Part shown: one piece after another, positions 18,521 through 27,954 of the stretch
Layout of the letters: each line of letters opens with the position of its first letter
Numbering within the stretch: the stretch's first letter is position 1
Assembly: GCF_023910635.1 (NCBI RefSeq)
Contig: NZ_JAAVVZ010000008.1
Span: forward strand, 45,431 to 109,430
Source: Sphingorhabdus sp.
GTDB taxonomy: Bacteria > Pseudomonadota > Alphaproteobacteria > Sphingomonadales > Sphingomonadaceae
Length of the DNA stretch: 64,000 nt
Direction: 5' to 3'
Notes under the pieces: model-generated
Database searches by the model: none
Told to the model about the DNA's origin: nothing
Seen by the model: only the letters and a program-made list of their open reading frames with translations
Translations under genes and position numbers: made by a program

Positions 18521-18584
18521 TCTGGGCGCTTGCGTCGTATAATATGCCCACGCGAATGCGCTTGGGTGTGGAAAAAACAGGGTA

Positions 18585-19376
18585 GTGAACGTGGCAGGCG
18601 AAAGCGGCAAAATCGATCCGATGTACCAGTTCCAGATTGAGCCGCTCGCGCAGCTCGATATCGCTGGATACGACGTCTCCTTCACAAACTCTTCGTTGTT
18701 CATGATCCTCGTATTGGGCGCCTTGTGGCTGTTCATGTGGGGCGGAATGAAGCGTGACCTGGTTCCCGGTCGCTGGCAGATGGCGGTTGAAGGCGTAACC
18801 GGCTTCGTCAACAATATGCTGACCTCAAGCGTTGGTCCCGAAGGCAAGAAATATGTGCCTTTGGTGTTCTCGCTGTTCATGTTCATTCTGATAGCAAATT
18901 TCATGGGCATGATGCCATTTGGTATCGTCCCCGGTGTACACCCGTTCACTGTGACCAGCCACCTGACCATCACCGCCGTGCTTGCTGTCATCAGCTTTGG
19001 TACCGTTCTGATTGTTGGTTTTTGGAAGCATGGCCTACACTTTTTCAGCCTGTTTGTGCCACATGGCACACCTTGGTGGTTGCTGTGGCTCATCCCGCTG
19101 ATCGAACTGTTTTCTTTCCTTATCCGTCCCTTCAGCCTCGCGCTTCGTCTTTTTGTCGCCATGACAGCGGGGCATGTGTTGATGAAGGTCTTGGCGGGCT
19201 TCGTCATTAACGGCCTGAACGCAGAAGCTGCGTGGGTGCCATTGGTGGTGAGCATTCCTTCTTTTATCCTGATGATTGGTATCACGCTCCTTGAGCTGCT
19301 GGTATGCGCCATTCAGGCTTATGTATTTGCACTTTTGACTTCGTTGTACATCAACGACGCGGTCAATTTGCACTGA
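18585..19376 (+). CDS. atpB: F0F1 ATP synthase subunit a
   Basis: 263 aa (GTG start) with the conserved LSLALRLFVAMTAGH arginine helix and the C-terminal QAYVFALLTSLY block. Confidence 0.93.
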   Translation: MNVAGESGKIDPMYQFQIEPLAQLDIAGYDVSFTNSSLFMILVLGALWLFMWGGMKRDLVPGRWQMAVEGVTGFVNNMLTSSVGPEGKKYVPLVFSLFMFILIANFMGMMPFGIVPGVHPFTVTSHLTITAVLAVISFGTVLIVGFWKHGLHFFSLFVPHGTPWWLLWLIPLIELFSFLIRPFSLALRLFVAMTAGHVLMKVLAGFVINGLNAEAAWVPLVVSIPSFILMIGITLLELLVCAIQAYVFALLTSLYINDAVNLH

Positions 19377-19420
19377 GTTTTTTCGACTACCCATATGTAT
19401 TTTTGACAGGAGTTATTATC

Positions 19421-19648
19421 ATGGACGCAGAAGCAGCAAAATTGATCGGTGCAGGTCTTGCAGCAATTGGTGCCGGCCTCGCCGCTGGTGGTGTTGGCAA
19501 CGTTTTCGGTTCGTTTCTTCAGGGCGCTTTGCGTAATCCTGCAGCAGCAGACGGTCAGCAGGGTCGTTTGTTCATCGGCTTCGCAGCCGCCGAACTTCTC
19601 GGTCTGCTTGCGTTCGTTGTTGCGATGATCCTGATCTTCGTTGCCTAA
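19421..19648 (+). CDS. atpE: F0F1 ATP synthase subunit c
   Basis: 75 aa from ATG 19421. Hairpin proteolipid with GAGLAAIGAGLAAGGVG and the carboxylate helix FIGFAAAELLGLLAFVVAM. Confidence 0.95.
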   Translation: MDAEAAKLIGAGLAAIGAGLAAGGVGNVFGSFLQGALRNPAAADGQQGRLFIGFAAAELLGLLAFVVAMILIFVA

Positions 19649-19658
19649 TTGACGGTTT

Positions 19659-19680
19659 CGCCCCGGCAACCGCCGGGGCA
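19659..19680 (+). other. intercistronic GC hairpin between atpE and atpF'
   Basis: GCCCCGG-CAACC-CCGGGGC, 10 nt after the atpE stop, with only a weak T-run. Likely an mRNA-stabilising or attenuating stem rather than a full terminator. Confidence 0.4.
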
Positions 19681-19706
19681 CTCTTTCATAAGGACAAGCG
19701 CGTAAC

Positions 19707-20201
19707 ATGCCCCAGATTAGTCAGATCCTTGAAACCTATGCATCGCAGTTTTTTTGGCTGCTCATTGTCTTTGGCTTGATCTATTTTACGATCGGTCATG
19801 GCATGTTGCCAAAAATTGAAGCGAGCATGGACGCGCGCGATCGTAAGATTGCGGACGACCTTGCGGCAGCCGAGCGTGCGCGGGCAGAGGCCGACAATCT
19901 GGGCGACAGCGGTGCTGCCGACCTGACGGCGGCACGAAACGAGGCGCAAGCCAAATCCTCCGCTGCTAAGGCGAAGGCCGCCAAAGACGCCGATGCGCGT
20001 CTGGCGAAGGCCGATGCCGAAGTCAGCATAAAGGTCGCTGCGGCTGAAGCAGCATTGTCCAAGGCGACAGCCAAAGCATTAGCGGGCATTGAGGCCGTTG
20101 CAGCAGACGCTGCGGCTGATATCGTTGCTAAGGTTTCCGGCGCCAAGGTCACACCTGCGCAAGCCGCAACAGCAGTGAAGGCGGTAATGTCGCATGGCTA
20201 A
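19707..20201 (+). CDS. atpF2: F0F1 ATP synthase subunit b'
   Basis: 164 aa with an N-terminal TM (FFWLLIVFGLIYF) and a long Ala/Lys-rich coiled coil. First of two b-type genes, as is usual in alphaproteobacteria. Confidence 0.85.
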   Translation: MPQISQILETYASQFFWLLIVFGLIYFTIGHGMLPKIEASMDARDRKIADDLAAAERARAEADNLGDSGAADLTAARNEAQAKSSAAKAKAAKDADARLAKADAEVSIKVAAAEAALSKATAKALAGIEAVAADAAADIVAKVSGAKVTPAQAATAVKAVMSHG

Positions 20202-20853
20202 TCCCACAGTTGCAACCGAAGCGGCCACCGTCGCGGCACCCGCAAGCAATATGGCAGCACCGGCAGGCAAATTGCAGGAAGCCGAAAAGGCACTTGATAT
20301 GTTGGAGGAAGACGCCGTCCCTGTGACCCATTCGGGCACTGAGACAGCACCGGCCAGCGAACATGCCACACCATCGGCGCTTGGCTTTGACGCAACGATG
20401 CTCGTCGCTTTGGCGATGTTGGTGGTGCTGGCGCTGGCTATCTGGAAAAAGGTTCCTGCCATGATCGCAGGTGCGTTGGACAAACAGATTGCGGGTATCA
20501 AGCAGCAGTTGGATCAGGCGACAGCTCTGCGGGCCGAAGCGGAAGCCATCAAGGTCGAATATGAAGCCAAGGCCAAGCAAGCGGCGATTGACGCCGAAGC
20601 GATGAAGGCTGCGGCGGAAGAAGAAGCCAAGTTGATCGTATCGCGCGCCAAGTCCGACGCAACCGCGTTGATTGGCCGCCGTGCGCAAGCTGCCGAAGAC
20701 AAAATCGCTGCCGCCGAACGCGCGGCGATTGCCGATGTGCGTAAGACTGCGGCCACGGCTGCTGCGGCCGCCGCTGCGCAACTTATCGCTGCGCATCATG
20801 ACGCAAAGGCCGATGCCGCGTTGATCGATCAGTCGATTGCGGCCCTGAACTAG
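20194..20853 (+). CDS. atpF: F0F1 ATP synthase subunit b
   Basis: 219 aa with a TM at MLVALAMLVVLALAIW, then KKVPAMIAGALDKQIAGIKQQLDQA and a coiled coil. Overlaps the atpF' stop by 8 nt. Its stop TAG lies inside the palindrome at 20851. Confidence 0.85.
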   Translation: MANPTVATEAATVAAPASNMAAPAGKLQEAEKALDMLEEDAVPVTHSGTETAPASEHATPSALGFDATMLVALAMLVVLALAIWKKVPAMIAGALDKQIAGIKQQLDQATALRAEAEAIKVEYEAKAKQAAIDAEAMKAAAEEEAKLIVSRAKSDATALIGRRAQAAEDKIAAAERAAIADVRKTAATAAAAAAAQLIAAHHDAKADAALIDQSIAALN

Positions 20854-21070
20854 GGTCGGGACCTAAGCCTACGTCGCCAAACCTCGTCATTCCCGCGTAG
20901 GCGGGAACCCAACTCCCGCCATATCATCATCCTGACCCGGTAATTGCTCCCTTAGAGCTCCGGAGTTGGATCCCCGCCTTCGCGGGGATGACGAAGAATA
21001 TGCCTATCGGTCCGCCTGCGCGGGAATGACGGTGGGTAAGCTAAAGACGCTGTATCTGCCGGAATGACAT
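20851..21070. repeat. cluster of REP-type palindromes downstream of the atp operon
   Basis: Contains TAGGGTCGGGACCTAAG (family-1 core), CGTCATTCCCGCGTAGGCGGGAACCC (20885-20910), the inverted copies GGATCCCCGCCTTCGCGGGGATGACG (20968-20993) and GTCCGCCTGCGCGGGAATGACGG (21010-21032), and the fragment CCGGAATGAC (21059-21068). Confidence 0.6.
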
Positions 21071-21095
21071 TGAGTCTGCCAATGGCTCCGCCTAC

Positions 21096-23174
21096 ATGGC
21101 AGGCAACATGTCCAAAGCCGACCGCCCCGACCAACCCAACGCAGCCTCCCGCTTTAGCGAGGAAAAGGCGACCTATGCGGTGCGCGGTGCGGACACGCCA
21201 GATTTCGACACCGGCATCGCCGCGATCCGAAATGTCCTTAAAACCCTCCCGCTCAAACCCGGCGTCTACCGTATGCATGATGCGCGCGGCGACGTGCTTT
21301 ATGTCGGTAAAGCGCGCGCCTTAAAGAATCGCGTCGGCAATTATGTGCAGATTGACCGGCTCCCCAATCGCTTGCGCCGGATGGTGGCGCTGACGCGATC
21401 CATGACCATCGTCACCACCAACAGCGAGGCTGAGGCGCTGTTGCTGGAGGCGCAACTCATCAAGCGCTATCGCCCCGCTTACAACGTGCTGCTGCGTGAC
21501 GATAAAAGCTTTCCCTTCATCCTGCTGCGCGCCGACCATAAATTTCCCCGCATTCAGAAACATCGCGGTGCGCGGCGGCATAAGGGCCAATATTACGGCC
21601 CGTTCGCTAGCGCTGGCTCCGTCAACCAAACACTGAACGCGCTGCAAAAATTGTTTTTGCTGCGAAGCTGCACTGACAGTTTCTTCAACAATCGCGACCG
21701 GCCTTGCTTGTTGTATCAGATCAAACGCTGTTCCGCGCCTTGTGTCGGGCGGATTGACGACGCGTCATATGACAGTCTTGTCGCAGACGCCAAATCCTTC
21801 CTCGACGGCAAATCCTCCGCTGTTCAAGCGAAGCTGGCCAAGGAAATGGAATCCGCCGCCGAGGCTCTCGATTTCGAACGCGCTGCCATGGTCCGCGACC
21901 GGCTTCGGGCGCTTACCTTCATTCAGGGGTCTCAGGCGATCAACGCGCAAGGCGTGGGCGACGCGGACATCTTCGCGCTAGCACATCGCAACGGCGTGAT
22001 GGGCATTCAGGCATTTTTCATTCGCGGCGGGCAGAATTGGGGGCACCGTTCCTTTTTCCCCGCGCATGTTGCCGAAATAAGCGAGGACGAAGTGTTCACC
22101 AGCTTCCTCGCGCAATTTTATGAGGATGTACCCCCTGCAAAATCCATTTTCCTTGATCGGCAACTGGGCGAGGCAGACTTGTTGGCGCAAGCCTTGTCCG
22201 AACGTGCCGAACGCAAGATCGAAATCAGCGTGCCGCAACGCGGCGACCGTGTGCGCTTGGTTAAACAAGCGACGCGTAACGCCGAAGAAGCGCTCGACCG
22301 GAAGCTGGCGGAGAGCACCACGCAGGGTAAATTGCTGCAAGAGGTGGCTGACCTGTTCGAATTGCCCGAAGCGCCGCGCCGAATCGAAGTCTATGACAAC
22401 AGCCATATTCAGGGAACAAACGCGTTGGGCGCGATGATCGTGGCCGGGCCAGAAGGTTTCATCAAGGGCCAATATCGCAAGTTCAATATCAAAAACCCTG
22501 ACACTGCGCCGGGTGATGACTTTGCCATGATGCGCGAAGTCATGGCGCGGCGTTTTGGGCGGCTCGTAAATCCTCCCCGAACCGGGGAGGGGGACCAGCC
22601 GCAGGCTATTGGAGGGGGTGTGCAGTCATCCGTTGTGCCAGAAGGAAGCCCCCCTCCGTCAGTTGCTGCGCAACTGCCACCTCCCCGAACCGGGGAGGAT
22701 TTTGAACCCGAACGCGATGAAAACTGGCCCGATCTTGTCCTGATCGATGGTGGCAAGGGGCAAATGAGTTCCGTCATGCAAATCGTGCGTGAACTGGGCG
22801 TTGAGGATGTTGCCTTTATCGGCGTGTCCAAAGGCCCTGATCGCCATGCGGGCCGCGAGATGTTTCACTTCCCCGATGGCCGCGAATTTACCTTGCCCGT
22901 CAACGCGCCCGTCATGTTTTATTTGCAACGGCTGCGCGATGAGGCGCACCGCTTTGCCATTGGTGCGCACCGCGCGAAACGCAGCAAGGCCATTACCGTC
23001 AGTGCGCTTGACGAAGTTCCGGGCATTGGCCCGTCGCGCAAAAAAGCGCTATTGATGCATTTCGGCACCGCCCGCGCCGTGCGTAATGCCAGCCTTGAGG
23101 ATTTGCAAAAGGCCCCCGGCGTGTCTGCTGCCGTCGCACAAACGGTCTATGATTATTATCACAGCAACGGTTGA
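21096..23174 (+). CDS. uvrC: excinuclease ABC subunit C
   Basis: 692 aa with the GIY-YIG N-terminus (PGVYRMHDARGDVLYVGKARALKNRV), UvrBC domain, DLVLIDGGKGQ and a C-terminal (HhH)2. Confidence 0.95.
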   Translation: MAGNMSKADRPDQPNAASRFSEEKATYAVRGADTPDFDTGIAAIRNVLKTLPLKPGVYRMHDARGDVLYVGKARALKNRVGNYVQIDRLPNRLRRMVALTRSMTIVTTNSEAEALLLEAQLIKRYRPAYNVLLRDDKSFPFILLRADHKFPRIQKHRGARRHKGQYYGPFASAGSVNQTLNALQKLFLLRSCTDSFFNNRDRPCLLYQIKRCSAPCVGRIDDASYDSLVADAKSFLDGKSSAVQAKLAKEMESAAEALDFERAAMVRDRLRALTFIQGSQAINAQGVGDADIFALAHRNGVMGIQAFFIRGGQNWGHRSFFPAHVAEISEDEVFTSFLAQFYEDVPPAKSIFLDRQLGEADLLAQALSERAERKIEISVPQRGDRVRLVKQATRNAEEALDRKLAESTTQGKLLQEVADLFELPEAPRRIEVYDNSHIQGTNALGAMIVAGPEGFIKGQYRKFNIKNPDTAPGDDFAMMREVMARRFGRLVNPPRTGEGDQPQAIGGGVQSSVVPEGSPPPSVAAQLPPPRTGEDFEPERDENWPDLVLIDGGKGQMSSVMQIVRELGVEDVAFIGVSKGPDRHAGREMFHFPDGREFTLPVNAPVMFYLQRLRDEAHRFAIGAHRAKRSKAITVSALDEVPGIGPSRKKALLMHFGTARAVRNASLEDLQKAPGVSAAVAQTVYDYYHSNG
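22572..22698 (+). repeat. in-frame hairpin repeat segment inside uvrC
   Basis: The 19-bp palindromic sequence CCTCCCCGAACCGGGGAGG occurs twice (22572-22590 and 22680-22698), exactly 108 bp apart. The interval contains a further GGAGGGGG/CCCCCTCC inverted repeat. Confidence 0.5.
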
Positions 23175-23244
23175 TGTCGGCAGTAGCGAAACTCTGCGCC
23201 GCTATTTTGATTGCATGGCGGGGTAGGTTCGATAGAGTCATGTC

Positions 23245-23556
23245 ATGACGAACAATCAACTGTTGCTTGAAGCGATCGCGCTCAAAAAATGTGTCACCCT
23301 GGTGTATAATAATGTGCCGATGAAGCTGGCCCCGCATGTCCTGTATTCCAAACACAATGCCGTGTTCACCGATGCTGTCATATTGGAAAAACATGGTGTG
23401 GCGCGACGTGATAAGAAGCTCGGCGCTTTCCATTTATCGGGGCTCAACGAATTGCAACTGACAGACCAGCCATTTGAAATTGATGCTGCGTTTGAACCTG
23501 CCGCCGAGAAATATGCCGGTGTGACCTTATTCATGGTCAGCGCGGACGCAGGATAG
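23245..23556 (+). CDS. hypothetical small protein (possible WYL/SH3-like beta-barrel)
   Basis: 103 aa ORF in the uvrC-recO gap. The pattern VTLVYNN..MKLAPHVLY...(gap)...KLGAFHLSGLNELQLTDQPF resembles small WYL-like proteins. No search was run. Confidence 0.45.
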   Translation: MTNNQLLLEAIALKKCVTLVYNNVPMKLAPHVLYSKHNAVFTDAVILEKHGVARRDKKLGAFHLSGLNELQLTDQPFEIDAAFEPAAEKYAGVTLFMVSADAG

Positions 23557-23593
23557 AGCTTCCCCTCGCGCCGCAGTCTTGGCATGAGGGCGC

Positions 23594-24184
23594 ATGGATA
23601 TTTCGGCATCTGCCATCATCTGCGCGGTCCGCAATCATGGCGAAACAGGCGCCATTGTGCGCGGCTTTACCGCAGATTACGGCATGATAGCGGGTTATGT
23701 CGCGGGCGCGCGGGGTCGGCAATTGCGGCCAGTCCTCATCCCCGGCAATGTCATCAAGGGCGAATGGCGGACGCGCATCACCGGACAATTGGCACGCCTG
23801 ACGCCCGAACCTTTGCACAGCCGCGCACATTTGTTAAGCGAACCATTGGCGATTGCCGCGATTGACTGGGTCACGGCGCTAACCGCAGCGACGCTGGCGG
23901 AGGCTGTGCCTTATCCGCGTGTCCACAGCGCAGCGGACGGTTTGCTATCCGCCATCGAGCTGGCGCCAGCGGCTAGCGTGTGGGCAGGGGCGGTGGCACA
24001 ATATGAGAGTTTGCTGCTGGCCGAACTAGGCTATGCCGAAGAATATGATAAAGACAGCGCCCCCGTCGCAATGATGGCGCAGACTCGCAAGCGGCTGGTC
24101 GCGCATGTGCTGGGCGACCGCCGCGCCGATGTCATGGCCGCCCGCGAACGGCTCGTGGAGCGATTGAAAAGGGCGGTTGCATAA
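23594..24184 (+). CDS. recO: DNA repair protein RecO
   Basis: 196 aa with an OB-fold N-terminus typical of RecO (AIICAVRNHGETGAIVRGFTADYGMIAGYVAGARGRQLRPVLIPGNVIKGEW). Confidence 0.83.
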   Translation: MDISASAIICAVRNHGETGAIVRGFTADYGMIAGYVAGARGRQLRPVLIPGNVIKGEWRTRITGQLARLTPEPLHSRAHLLSEPLAIAAIDWVTALTAATLAEAVPYPRVHSAADGLLSAIELAPAASVWAGAVAQYESLLLAELGYAEEYDKDSAPVAMMAQTRKRLVAHVLGDRRADVMAARERLVERLKRAVA

Positions 24185-24221
24185 GCGCTCTGCACTTGGC
24201 AGGGGAGGCATGATTACAACC

Positions 24222-24302
24222 CCGTAGCCCTGAGCCTGTCGAAGGGCGCTTAAAGGCATCGCCATCCCGAGAGGCGTGCTTCGACAGGCTCAGCACTACG
24301 GT
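24222..24302. repeat. 81-bp inverted-repeat element between recO and leuB
   Basis: Arms CCGTAGCCCTGAGCCTGTCGAAG (left) and CTTCGACAGGCTCAGCACTACGG (right) are separated by about 35 nt. This is the GCCTGTCGAAG/CTTCGACAGGC class of REP. Confidence 0.55.
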
Positions 24303-24322
24303 TTCTTTTGAGGAATGCCGCC

Positions 24323-25369
<1,047 letters not shown>

Positions 25370-25396
25370 ACCCTGCTCTCCCCGAAAAGCGAACTT

Positions 25397-26605
25397 ATGA
25401 AGAAAACTACAGGCCAGAATCGCGAAATTACCAAGCATTGGCGTCCCGCCACGCAAGCGGTGCGTGGCGGCACTTGGCGCAGTGAGCATGGCGAGACGTC
25501 GGAGGCATTGTTCCTGTCGTCGGGCTTTACCTATGACGATGCGGAAACCGTTGCTGCGCGCTTTGCCGGTGAACAGGATGGCATGACCTATTCGCGGTTG
25601 CAGAACCCGACGGTGCAAATGCTCGAAGAACGCATTGCGTTGATGGAGGGGGCAGAGGCATGCCGGGCCCAAGCCACGGGCATGGCAGCGATGACCACGG
25701 CGTTATTGTGCCAGTTGCAAATGGGCGACCATGTCGTTGCCGCGCGCGCGGCCTTCGGATCGTGCCGCTGGCTAACGGACAATTTGCTGCCCAAATGGGG
25801 TATCAGCACGACCACAATCGACAGCCGCGATAATGATGCGTGGAAGGCAGCGATTCAGCCGAATACGAAAGTGTTCTTCTTTGAAACGCCGGCAAACCCG
25901 ACGATGGACATTGTCGACATGGCCTATGTCTGCGGACTGGCGAAAGAACATGGCATCACCACAGTCGTCGATAACGCCTTTGCGACGAGCGTGCTTCAGC
26001 GTCCGATGGACTTTGGCGCCGACGTTGTCGCCTATAGCGCGACGAAATTGATGGACGGGCAGGGCCGCGTTCTGGCTGGCGCAGTGTGTGGCTCGCAACA
26101 ATGGATCGATGACGTGCTTTTGCCGTTTCAGCGCAACACGGGGCCAAACCTGTCGCCCTTTAACGCATGGGTGGTGCATAAGGGGCTTGAGACGTTGGAA
26201 CTGCGCGCCATGCGGCAGTCGGAAAATGCGCTTGTCGTCGGTAAATTCCTTGAGGGCCGCGTGCCGCACATGATGCACCCCGGCCTTGAAAGCCACCCGC
26301 AACACGCACTTGCGATGCAGCAGATGAAGGCGTGCGGGCCAATCTTCGCCTTTTCGGTCGATGGTGGCCGGAAACAAGCGCATGCCTTGTTAAATGGACT
26401 TCAGTTGATCGACATCTCGAACAATATCGGCGACGCACGCAGCCTCATGTGCCACCCTGCATCCTCCACGCATCACGGCATGGGCCCCGAAGCCCGCGAA
26501 GCTATGGGCGTTGGCGAAGGTTTGATCCGCATCAATGTCGGTTTGGAAGACCCGGCTGATTTGATCGAAGATTTGGATCAGGCACTAAAGGCCGCTGGTT
26601 TATGA
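25397..26605 (+). CDS. metZ: O-succinylhomoserine sulfhydrylase (Cys/Met-metabolism PLP enzyme)
   Basis: 402 aa with the MetZ-like N-terminus WRPATQAVRGG and the PLP-lysine region YSATKLMDGQG. Confidence 0.85.
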   Translation: MKKTTGQNREITKHWRPATQAVRGGTWRSEHGETSEALFLSSGFTYDDAETVAARFAGEQDGMTYSRLQNPTVQMLEERIALMEGAEACRAQATGMAAMTTALLCQLQMGDHVVAARAAFGSCRWLTDNLLPKWGISTTTIDSRDNDAWKAAIQPNTKVFFFETPANPTMDIVDMAYVCGLAKEHGITTVVDNAFATSVLQRPMDFGADVVAYSATKLMDGQGRVLAGAVCGSQQWIDDVLLPFQRNTGPNLSPFNAWVVHKGLETLELRAMRQSENALVVGKFLEGRVPHMMHPGLESHPQHALAMQQMKACGPIFAFSVDGGRKQAHALLNGLQLIDISNNIGDARSLMCHPASSTHHGMGPEAREAMGVGEGLIRINVGLEDPADLIEDLDQALKAAGL

Positions 26606-27012
26606 GCAGTATCCTCGATTCCTTTTTCGCCGCCAGCGCGACGACCGATGGCATTACCGTTCGCGTCTCGCCCAATTTTTTGGTGGAACAATCCGCGCCC
26701 GCGCAAGGACGTTGGTTCTGGTCCTACCATATCCGCATCGAAAATGTGGGTGATGAGCCTGTGCAATTAATGACCCGGCATTGGCGGATTACCGATGGTC
26801 GCGGCACGATCAGCCATGTCGATGGCGACGGCGTGGTGGGCGAACAGCCGCTTTTACGTCCCGGTGAGAGCCATGATTATGTTTCCGGCTGCCCCTTGCC
26901 GACACCCAGTGGCACAATGGAAGGCAAATACCGCTTCGTGCGGGAGGACGGGACGACGTTCCTGGTAGAAATCCCCCGCTTCACTTTGGTGGCCCCAGCT
27001 ACGGCGCGATGA
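26602..27012 (+). CDS. apaG: ApaG (DUF525) protein
   Basis: 136 aa with WFWSYHIRIENVGDEPVQLMTRHWRITDGRG...GVVGEQPLLRPGESHDYVSG, the ApaG signature. Start overlaps the metZ stop. Confidence 0.9.
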   Translation: MSSILDSFFAASATTDGITVRVSPNFLVEQSAPAQGRWFWSYHIRIENVGDEPVQLMTRHWRITDGRGTISHVDGDGVVGEQPLLRPGESHDYVSGCPLPTPSGTMEGKYRFVREDGTTFLVEIPRFTLVAPATAR

Positions 27013-27022
27013 CCTTACGCGC

Positions 27023-27817
27023 ATGAAACGCACCCATCTCCCCCTAAACGGCTTGCGCGTGCTTGACGCCGCGGCGCGGCATTTGAGCTTTACGAAGGCT
27101 GCCGACGAACTCGCGGTCACACCTGCCGCCGTCGGTCAGCAAATCCGCGCGCTGGAGGATATGTTGGGCGTCGTGCTGTTCCGCCGCACGCCCAAGGGGC
27201 TTGAACTGACCGACGAAGCGGCAAACGGCCTTGATGCCCTGCGCGCCGGGTTCCTGCAATTCGAAGAATCGGTCCGTGCGATGCAGGCGGGGCAGTCGTC
27301 CAATACGCTGACCATTGCTGCGCCGCGTGATTTCACCGCCAAATGGCTCGCCGCACGGCTGGCGACGTTTAGCAAGGCCAACCCCGATACGCGCTTTAAT
27401 TTGGTTGCTGCGGACGAGAATATTGACTTTACCGAGGCTAATCTTGACCTCGCGATCCGCCTGACCACTGGGCCGGGGGAACATGAAGGCATCTGCCTTG
27501 CTGCGGGCGCTTATGTCACCGTCGCCGCGCCACAGGGCGGGGCAGAGACACCGATTAGCTGGCCCAATTGCCCGGTGGCAGAGGGCATTGCCGCTTTGCG
27601 TTTGGCCGACGCCGGTCTCGCCATTGATGCCGCTGCGATTGGGCTGGGCAGGGCGATTGTCCCACTCCTGCTGGCCGAGGCCGATATTGCGAGCGGCAAA
27701 GTCCGTGCCGTCGATAATGCGAAAGAAAGCGAAGAAGCCTATTGGCTGGTCGCGCCCTTGCCGCAATGGCGGCAGAAGAAGGTCAGAGCCTTGGTGGAGG
27801 CCCTGACGGCACCCTAA
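27023..27817 (+). CDS. LysR-family transcriptional regulator (GcvA-like)
   Basis: 264 aa with an N-terminal HTH (LNGLRVLDAAARHLSFTKAADELAVTPAAVGQQIRALEDMLGVVLFRR). The effector domain is shorter than usual. Confidence 0.83.
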   Translation: MKRTHLPLNGLRVLDAAARHLSFTKAADELAVTPAAVGQQIRALEDMLGVVLFRRTPKGLELTDEAANGLDALRAGFLQFEESVRAMQAGQSSNTLTIAAPRDFTAKWLAARLATFSKANPDTRFNLVAADENIDFTEANLDLAIRLTTGPGEHEGICLAAGAYVTVAAPQGGAETPISWPNCPVAEGIAALRLADAGLAIDAAAIGLGRAIVPLLLAEADIASGKVRAVDNAKESEEAYWLVAPLPQWRQKKVRALVEALTAP

Positions 27818-27845
27818 GGGCGTCATCCTTACGTTATAAATCGTC

Positions 27846-27954
27846 GTCACCCTGAACTTGTTTGTGCGCTGCACGCCTGCGGCTCCAGGGTCCATTCCGT
27901 CTTTCAAGGTCCGCCTTGGCTGCACGATAGACCCTGAAACAAGTTCAGGGTGAC
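27846..27954. mobile_element. MITE-like element, family 2 (109 bp)
   Basis: Terminal inverted repeats GTCACCCTGAACTTGTTTG ... GACCCTGAAACAAGTTCAGGGTGAC. The internal CCAGGGTCCATT and GCTGCACGAT blocks are shared with the copy at 55760-55867 in the opposite orientation. Confidence 0.65.

Noticed and set aside
18500-20799. 270-aa ORF antisense to atpB and 216-aa ORF antisense to atpF
   Set aside because: The sense frames encode textbook ATP synthase subunits. The antisense frames stay open because of codon bias (Ala-rich coiled coil on the sense strand).
25370-25396. Possible SAM riboswitch upstream of metZ
   Set aside because: Only 27 nt separate the leuB stop from the metZ start, far too short for any SAM-II/SAM-V aptamer.
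25772-26383. 203-aa minus-strand ORF inside metZ
   Set aside because: It is a shadow ORF antisense to a PLP-enzyme gene with clear motifs.
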